From the NCBI GenBank assembly GCA_048887225.1, contig JBHLJY010000009.1, forward strand, positions 27,205-91,204: a DNA stretch of 64,000 nt, given 5' to 3'. The notes beneath the pieces are model-generated. The model did not search any database. It was not told the origin of the DNA and was given only the letters and a program-made list of their open reading frames with translations. Position 1 is the stretch's first letter; the number at the start of each line of letters is the position of its first letter. Origin of the DNA: Candidatus Hodarchaeota archaeon. GTDB lineage: Archaea > Asgardarchaeota > Lokiarchaeia > Sigyniarchaeales > SOKP01. A program made the position numbers and the translations under genes. This document shows positions 58,609 to 64,000 of the stretch, in pieces.

Positions 58609-60474
58609 TTAAATAGTCCAAGTTTTAAAAAAGTTAGATACTGTTTCACATGCCTGTTTAGGGGTATCATTAAGCCGTATTAATCCGAATCCTTTTTCTT
58701 CATGATCTTTCCATTCATGGATGATTACACCGTTAACAAAGATATCCTTTTTCAACAGTTTAAATACTTTAGAGAACGCTTGCGCTTGTGCAGTTTCATC
58801 ATATTTGAATTTATTAAAATCTTTATGATATTGGACTGGCATTGGTCCTATATTAATCGGATTGGAGACCGTTTGAAAGCCCAGTTCTGAGACAATGACG
58901 GGTTTTTTAAAGGTCTTAAGATATTGGATGTTTTGTCGAAATAGATGCGAAGCACGACTGTAGGGACTGCCTTTTAAAATTTTAAGGATTAGCCTAGGCA
59001 AATTTTCAATGAATTCTATAAATAAATCACTAAAATAGAGGTTGCAACAAATGACATCGAAGTGCTTCCAAGGGACACTTCGAATTTCCCATGCACCAGC
59101 AGCATAGGAAACCATCCCATCATAGTGATCTCTTACTTTTTTAGATAATTTTTCTAGATAAGAGGTGATTTTATGATTTTCTTTTCCGAACTTGCCTAAT
59201 TTGGTAATCCGGGTTGCACCAATCCCTGGAATCATTTCTAAAAAGGAAGGTGTAAATTGCATGAAAAATTCTGGATTGAATCTTTCTATGTGGCCGGATT
59301 TATCATCACTCAATTCCAGAGTGAGCTCATTTCCAATACAAAATATATCAACACCAACCATTTGTGCCCTTTGCGCGTGATCCAAGCAAAAATCTTCAAA
59401 CTCATCATAAGTAAGTGAGCTATCTAGCTGAGGTTTATCAAGCCCCCTGGGATAAACATATTTTGGATTTAAAATTACATTCAATCCTAATTCTTTTGCT
59501 ATTGAAGCAAATTCATATGCCTTAGTTTTGGGGCGCATGGCATCAAGCCTGATTGTGTTAATGTTCATTGTATGTACTATTTGCTGAAGTTCGTTTTGAA
59601 ATTCTTGAGGTGTTTTTGGATTCCATCCCAATGATTCATGCTGGAAATGAATTCCTTTAAAAAGACCATAGATCCCAGCAAAAGCATTGATCCTTTTTAA
59701 ACCCTTTCTAAATAAGATATCAATAAATCCTGGGAGCATATGAAAAGGTCTCGCACTCCAACCAAATAGTTCAAGAACGCTGGTCTTTCTTTGTTTCAAT
59801 GCTTTTAGTATCTCATCAATATTGTGAATATCTCCAATATCAGGACCGATTAAATTGAAATATCGACCAATTTGATGGACTGAATGGGCATCGTCTGCTC
59901 CTAAAACGAACATCTGTGGATGCAATTTCAAAAGGTCAGAACACATATAATTGAGGAAGGGGGGAAGATCTGCATGAAAAAATTCAATTCCATCAAAATT
60001 GAAGTTTTTGATTTGCGATTTTTTCAGCCCTCCGAAAGTTCTGAAGATCCCTTCACCAGGGTGGAATGGGTGGGCGATAACTGCTAACCCTCCCTGTTCA
60101 TGGACATTTTCGATAATTTGTTTTATAGGTAATTTATCTTTTCCCTCGACAAGGATTTGAGTTTGTAATCCATAAGCGAGAACATCACCATAAAAGCTAT
60201 CTATTTCTTCAGCACAAACATAGCCACATTCAGGGTACTTATCCTGAATATAGGCTTTTGCATGCTTTGCAACCCTCATATTGTTGTGATCAGTTAATGC
60301 AATAAGATTTACACCAATCTTGACGAGTATATCGATTACTTCGCGGTATTCGGCGCCATCTGAAAAATTTGAATGATTATGTGAAGAAAAAATAATGTAT
60401 CCCTCATTTTTTAATTGTTCCAGCTTTTCTGTGGAAACTCTTTTAACTTGGGGCAAATATTTTCCACTTTTCAT
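58609..60474 (-). CDS. PHP domain fused to clan GH-A-like glycoside hydrolase TIM barrel
   Basis: HNHSNFSDG, TDHN, EE, AHP and DDAH (PHP); NTIRL, IGNEL and VSELGF (GH-A acid/base and nucleophile). Confidence 0.75.
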   Translation of the reverse strand: MKSGKYLPQVKRVSTEKLEQLKNEGYIIFSSHNHSNFSDGAEYREVIDILVKIGVNLIALTDHNNMRVAKHAKAYIQDKYPECGYVCAEEIDSFYGDVLAYGLQTQILVEGKDKLPIKQIIENVHEQGGLAVIAHPFHPGEGIFRTFGGLKKSQIKNFNFDGIEFFHADLPPFLNYMCSDLLKLHPQMFVLGADDAHSVHQIGRYFNLIGPDIGDIHNIDEILKALKQRKTSVLELFGWSARPFHMLPGFIDILFRKGLKRINAFAGIYGLFKGIHFQHESLGWNPKTPQEFQNELQQIVHTMNINTIRLDAMRPKTKAYEFASIAKELGLNVILNPKYVYPRGLDKPQLDSSLTYDEFEDFCLDHAQRAQMVGVDIFCIGNELTLELSDDKSGHIERFNPEFFMQFTPSFLEMIPGIGATRITKLGKFGKENHKITSYLEKLSKKVRDHYDGMVSYAAGAWEIRSVPWKHFDVICCNLYFSDLFIEFIENLPRLILKILKGSPYSRASHLFRQNIQYLKTFKKPVIVSELGFQTVSNPINIGPMPVQYHKDFNKFKYDETAQAQAFSKVFKLLKKDIFVNGVIIHEWKDHEEKGFGLIRLNDTPKQACETVSNFFKTWTI

Positions 60475-60762
60475 TTTCCATCTAACCTAATTCGGATTGA
60501 AAAAGGATCATCTTTTACCAATTGTCGTCCTAAAACATCCCTTTATAAATTCCTCTAATTCTCAATTATAATTATTTTCAACTAATAATAAATAAGTGTG
60601 GTTCAATAATTTATTTTTCATTTGTCTTAAGAGCATCTTTTTAATTCTTCTTTTATTATGTAAATTCTATAAAATAAGAGTAATACTATTTAGTTAAAGA
60701 CATATTAAGATTAATAAATATTAAAATTTAATAAATAATCTATAACTCAAAAAGAATTAATT

Positions 60763-61989
60763 GTGATGAAATTGGAAGGACATGTTCAATTTAAAGATTT
60801 AAATTTAGAATATGGATATTCTGCTATGCCTGAGAGACTTTCCTACTATACTAAAGAGGAAAATGATTTCCGAATGGAAGTGCGTCAATGGTGTAAAGAT
60901 AACGTTTTACCTGTTGCTGAGAAAATCGACCGGAATAGAGATAAAGCATTAGCAGTTGAAACGCTCAAAAAAATGCCTTATTTGGATATAATTGTACCAA
61001 AAGAAGCAGGAGGTCAAGGTAAGGGTATTTTATATCGCACCATTTTTGGTGAGGAATTAACGGCGTTTAGCTACAGTATAGCAGGAATATTTGGGGCATC
61101 TTCATGCTTGTTTGCTGGACCAATAATAGAATTCGGAACACCAGAACAAAAAAAGAAATATCTTTCTGGCATTGCTGATGGTTCAAAAATAGGCGCTATC
61201 GGTATAACTGAACCAACTGGTGGTTCTGATGCTGTTGGTGGTATGCGATTACGAGCTGTAAAAGACAATGAATACTATGTTCTTAATGGAGAAAAAACCT
61301 TTATAACAAACGGGAGTGTTGCTGATTATATATGCTTATATGCCATAACAAATGATCAAGTAAAAAAACATCAAGGCATGTCAGCTTTTATTTTTGAAAC
61401 CGACACAGCAGGATTTGAGGTTGTCAAAGATTATAAACATATGGGGCGCAGAGGAATGCCTAATTCGCATCTAAGGTTTAATAATTGTAAAGTCCCCGTT
61501 GAAAATCTACTTCATAGAGAAAACGGGGGATTAGAAGTATTGATGTTTGGTCTTGATGGTGAACGAACATTTACCGCTTCACAATATCTCGGTCTGGCTA
61601 GAAGCGCATTTGAAGTGGCATATAGATATGCTCATAAGCGCCAACAATTTGGAAAATCCCTCTATTCATTTGAGGGAATTTCATTTAAACTTAGTGAAAT
61701 GTTTATGGACGTAGAACTCTATAGAATGGCAGTGGCACAAATTGCTCGTATGCTTGATGAAGGTCAACATTGTAGAGCGTCGGTAGCCGCAGTCAAAGCT
61801 CGATTAGCAGATGCTACTGTAAGAATTTCTCAAGAAGCAATTCAGATTGTTGGAGGACTTGGTTATTCAGAAGAATATCCCTTAGAGCGATATTATCGTG
61901 ATGCAAAAATAGGTCAAATCTCAGCAGGAACTGCCGAAATTATGAGATATTTAATTACAAGAGAAATGATTAGAACGTGGGGAAAATAA
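60763..61989 (+). CDS. acyl-CoA dehydrogenase
   Basis: ITEPTGGSD, LNGEKTFITNG, RQQFG, QIVGGLGY, ERYYRDAK, GTAEI. Confidence 0.94.
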   Translation: MMKLEGHVQFKDLNLEYGYSAMPERLSYYTKEENDFRMEVRQWCKDNVLPVAEKIDRNRDKALAVETLKKMPYLDIIVPKEAGGQGKGILYRTIFGEELTAFSYSIAGIFGASSCLFAGPIIEFGTPEQKKKYLSGIADGSKIGAIGITEPTGGSDAVGGMRLRAVKDNEYYVLNGEKTFITNGSVADYICLYAITNDQVKKHQGMSAFIFETDTAGFEVVKDYKHMGRRGMPNSHLRFNNCKVPVENLLHRENGGLEVLMFGLDGERTFTASQYLGLARSAFEVAYRYAHKRQQFGKSLYSFEGISFKLSEMFMDVELYRMAVAQIARMLDEGQHCRASVAAVKARLADATVRISQEAIQIVGGLGYSEEYPLERYYRDAKIGQISAGTAEIMRYLITREMIRTWGK

Positions 61990-62007
61990 AATTAAGAAGG
62001 TGGTTGT

Positions 62008-62802
62008 ATGTCAGAAAAAAAAATTGATTTAGCAATCAAAAATAAAATCGCAACAATAACGATTGTTGACCCCGAGAATTACAATCCATTAAATAAAGAA
62101 ACGGGAAAGCAATTATTAGATGTTTTAGAATCACTTCGGGATAATAGTGATATTAGATGTATAATAATCACTGGCTCAGGAAAAGCTTTTTCTGCTGGGG
62201 GAAATATTAAAGAATTTAAGTTAAGCATTGAAAATGGCACCCCAGGACAATTAATGGATGATTTGACAAAGATTCTTTACAAAATCGCATTAGTTTTACG
62301 CCTTTATCCAAAACCGGTTATTGCGGCTGTAAACGGTTGGGCTGTTGGAGCAGGGATGAACCTAGCGCTTTCTTGTGATTTTATAATTGCTTCAGAATAT
62401 GCAAGATTTAGACAGTCTTTTGTTAAACTTGCCTTAATTCCTGGATTTGCGGGGACTATTTTATTAAGCCATCAACTTACATGGCAACAAGCTATTCAAA
62501 TGGCTTTTTTTGGGGAGACTTATTCAGCTGAAGAAATGAAAAAGCTTGGCCTTGTTAACGAAATTGTCCCTGCAGAAAAATTAGAAGAAGTATCACTACA
62601 ATGGGCTCAAAGATTTGCTAAAGGACCTACTTTAACTTACGCAAGGACGAAAAAGTTGTTTTTTGATGCACTCAGTACACCCCTTGAAGACCATCTTGAG
62701 AATGAAAGACAAATGCAAATAAAATCTGCTGAATCAGAAGATTACAAGATTGGGGTTTTTGCTTTAATCGATAAAAAAGAACCCAATTTTATTGGTAAAT
62801 AG
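62008..62802 (+). CDS. enoyl-CoA hydratase/isomerase
   Basis: AFSAGGNI, PKPVIAAVNGWAVGAG, LALSCD, GLVNEIV. Confidence 0.93.
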   Translation: MSEKKIDLAIKNKIATITIVDPENYNPLNKETGKQLLDVLESLRDNSDIRCIIITGSGKAFSAGGNIKEFKLSIENGTPGQLMDDLTKILYKIALVLRLYPKPVIAAVNGWAVGAGMNLALSCDFIIASEYARFRQSFVKLALIPGFAGTILLSHQLTWQQAIQMAFFGETYSAEEMKKLGLVNEIVPAEKLEEVSLQWAQRFAKGPTLTYARTKKLFFDALSTPLEDHLENERQMQIKSAESEDYKIGVFALIDKKEPNFIGK

Positions 62803-62810
62803 AAGTAATA

Positions 62811-63677
62811 TCAATTTTTTAATTTATTTCGAAAAAATGATCTACGAAATCTCTGGTTAAATATTGGTTTTAATCCGATTAAGGAGCGTATTAAATTTTC
62901 TCTTGATATATCTCCATGAGATGCTGATTTTACCCAGCTTTCATTTCCAAATAAATGTTTGACTATTTTTCGTATTTTTATCCCGTTTTTATAAAGCTCA
63001 ATACTTCGATTTTTAATGTCAGTCCAATAATCTATCAATTTATCAAGACTTTCGTATTTAAAAATATTGCTATTGGCAGAAAATATCAATTTAGGTTTAA
63101 GCTTTTTAAATTTATTAATTGTTTCTAATATTGCATTAGCGTCTTCCCAATTAAAGATAACATTTAGCGCATCATCGATAATTGCATCAGTAGAAAATAG
63201 TAATCTCTTTTTCTCGTGAAAGAAAGATATAAGATTATTACAGTGTCCGGGAGAGGGAATTATTCTAAAATTTGCCGTTTCTGTTTTTATTTTACTTAAA
63301 GAGGGAAGTTCTTGAACTTCACATGGTTTTGGAAGTCCCCATATAAGCATCCGCTCTGGAGGGATTCTTATTTTTAATTTAGCCAAAAAAACTGTTTCTT
63401 TATTAGCATAAATGGGGAAATTATATTTTTTTATTAAATCATAACAAGCGCCAATATGATCTTCGTGATGATGGCTTAAAACACATTTTTCTATCTCATC
63501 AAAGTTCAAATTTTTTAAGAATACATCTTTTGCGTGGTGATGACCATAATCTATAAGAAGCCCATCTACTAAAAACGAGGAAACCCACATTAAAGGTTTA
63601 TTATTGTTGTCTAGGGTTGACATTCTGTATATTTTAACAGAATCTTTCTCGATGACTTCTGCCTTGGCTTGTATCAT
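62811..63677 (-). CDS. MBL-fold metallo-hydrolase
   Basis: LIDYG, SHHHEDHIG, SPGH, LFSTD. Confidence 0.85.
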   Translation of the reverse strand: MIQAKAEVIEKDSVKIYRMSTLDNNNKPLMWVSSFLVDGLLIDYGHHHAKDVFLKNLNFDEIEKCVLSHHHEDHIGACYDLIKKYNFPIYANKETVFLAKLKIRIPPERMLIWGLPKPCEVQELPSLSKIKTETANFRIIPSPGHCNNLISFFHEKKRLLFSTDAIIDDALNVIFNWEDANAILETINKFKKLKPKLIFSANSNIFKYESLDKLIDYWTDIKNRSIELYKNGIKIRKIVKHLFGNESWVKSASHGDISRENLIRSLIGLKPIFNQRFRRSFFRNKLKN

Positions 63678-63701
63678 ATCTTATCTTTAGTAGGAATTTT
63701 T

Positions 63702-64000
63702 CTATCGTAAAGGATACTTTGGATTTCTCTTTTCAAAAAAAGCGCTGGATCCTTCTTTAACATCGTTTGAAGAGAATGTAACTACAATAGAACTATTTTC
63801 AAGCTGAATCATATTTTCTAAACTTGGCGCGTCAAGGGATAAATTTATTGCTTGTTTTGTCATTCTCAATCCAAGTGGACTTTTTCTTAGCATTTCATTT
63901 GCTAAGTTCAATGCTTCATCCAGCAATTTATTTCTTTCGACCAATTTATAAACCAATCCAATTTTTTCAGCTTCTTTACCATAAATAGCTCTACCAGTTA
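63702..64000 (-). CDS. enoyl-CoA hydratase/isomerase, C-terminal part (truncated by window)
   Basis: Frame continues to the edge: TGRAIYGKEAEKIGLV..SPLGLRMTKQAIN..EGSSAFFEKRNPKY. Confidence 0.88.
   Translation of the reverse strand, partial: TGRAIYGKEAEKIGLVYKLVERNKLLDEALNLANEMLRKSPLGLRMTKQAINLSLDAPSLENMIQLENSSIVVTFSSNDVKEGSSAFFEKRNPKYPLR

Noticed and set aside
1-64000. tRNA/rRNA genes, IS elements, integrases, prophage
   Set aside because: Intergenic regions are short and very AT-rich with no GC-rich structured stretch; no transposase or integrase motifs or terminal inverted repeats were seen
60763-64000. Beta-oxidation cluster (ACAD plus two crotonases) as a novelty
   Set aside because: Expanded fatty-acid oxidation paralogs are ordinary in Lokiarchaeia

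Overview
This is an AT-rich, gene-dense archaeal chromosomal segment with about 60 CDS. I saw no rRNA, tRNA, CRISPR array or mobile element. The gene content points to an Asgard archaeon, most likely Lokiarchaeia. It includes an actin-family protein, a Rab-like small GTPase, two roadblock/LC7 proteins, a longin-like protein, a VWA plus double RING-variant protein, several HEAT-repeat proteins and an SCP2 protein. These sit among housekeeping genes (type IA topoisomerase, purD, metG, trmJ-like, scpA-like, hxlB) and beta-oxidation genes. The best leads are: (1) a Pro-rich protein ending in a WH2/VASP-like helix-LKKI motif directly upstream of a divergent actin-related gene; (2) a 2+1 split set of three 2TM-hexapeptide (LbH) modules resembling the C-terminal domains of poly-lysine synthetase, with no NRPS A/T domains; (3) two genes whose frames run 66-76 codons upstream of any ATG/GTG/TTG, to ATT/ATA codons preceded by GTGAT RBS-like motifs; (4) a corrinoid-MtaA fusion lacking the DxHxxG His ligand; (5) a divergent RtcB-like protein; (6) an Ssl1/p44- or Rpn10-like VWA-RING protein. 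All calls come from motif recognition by eye. No database searches were run.
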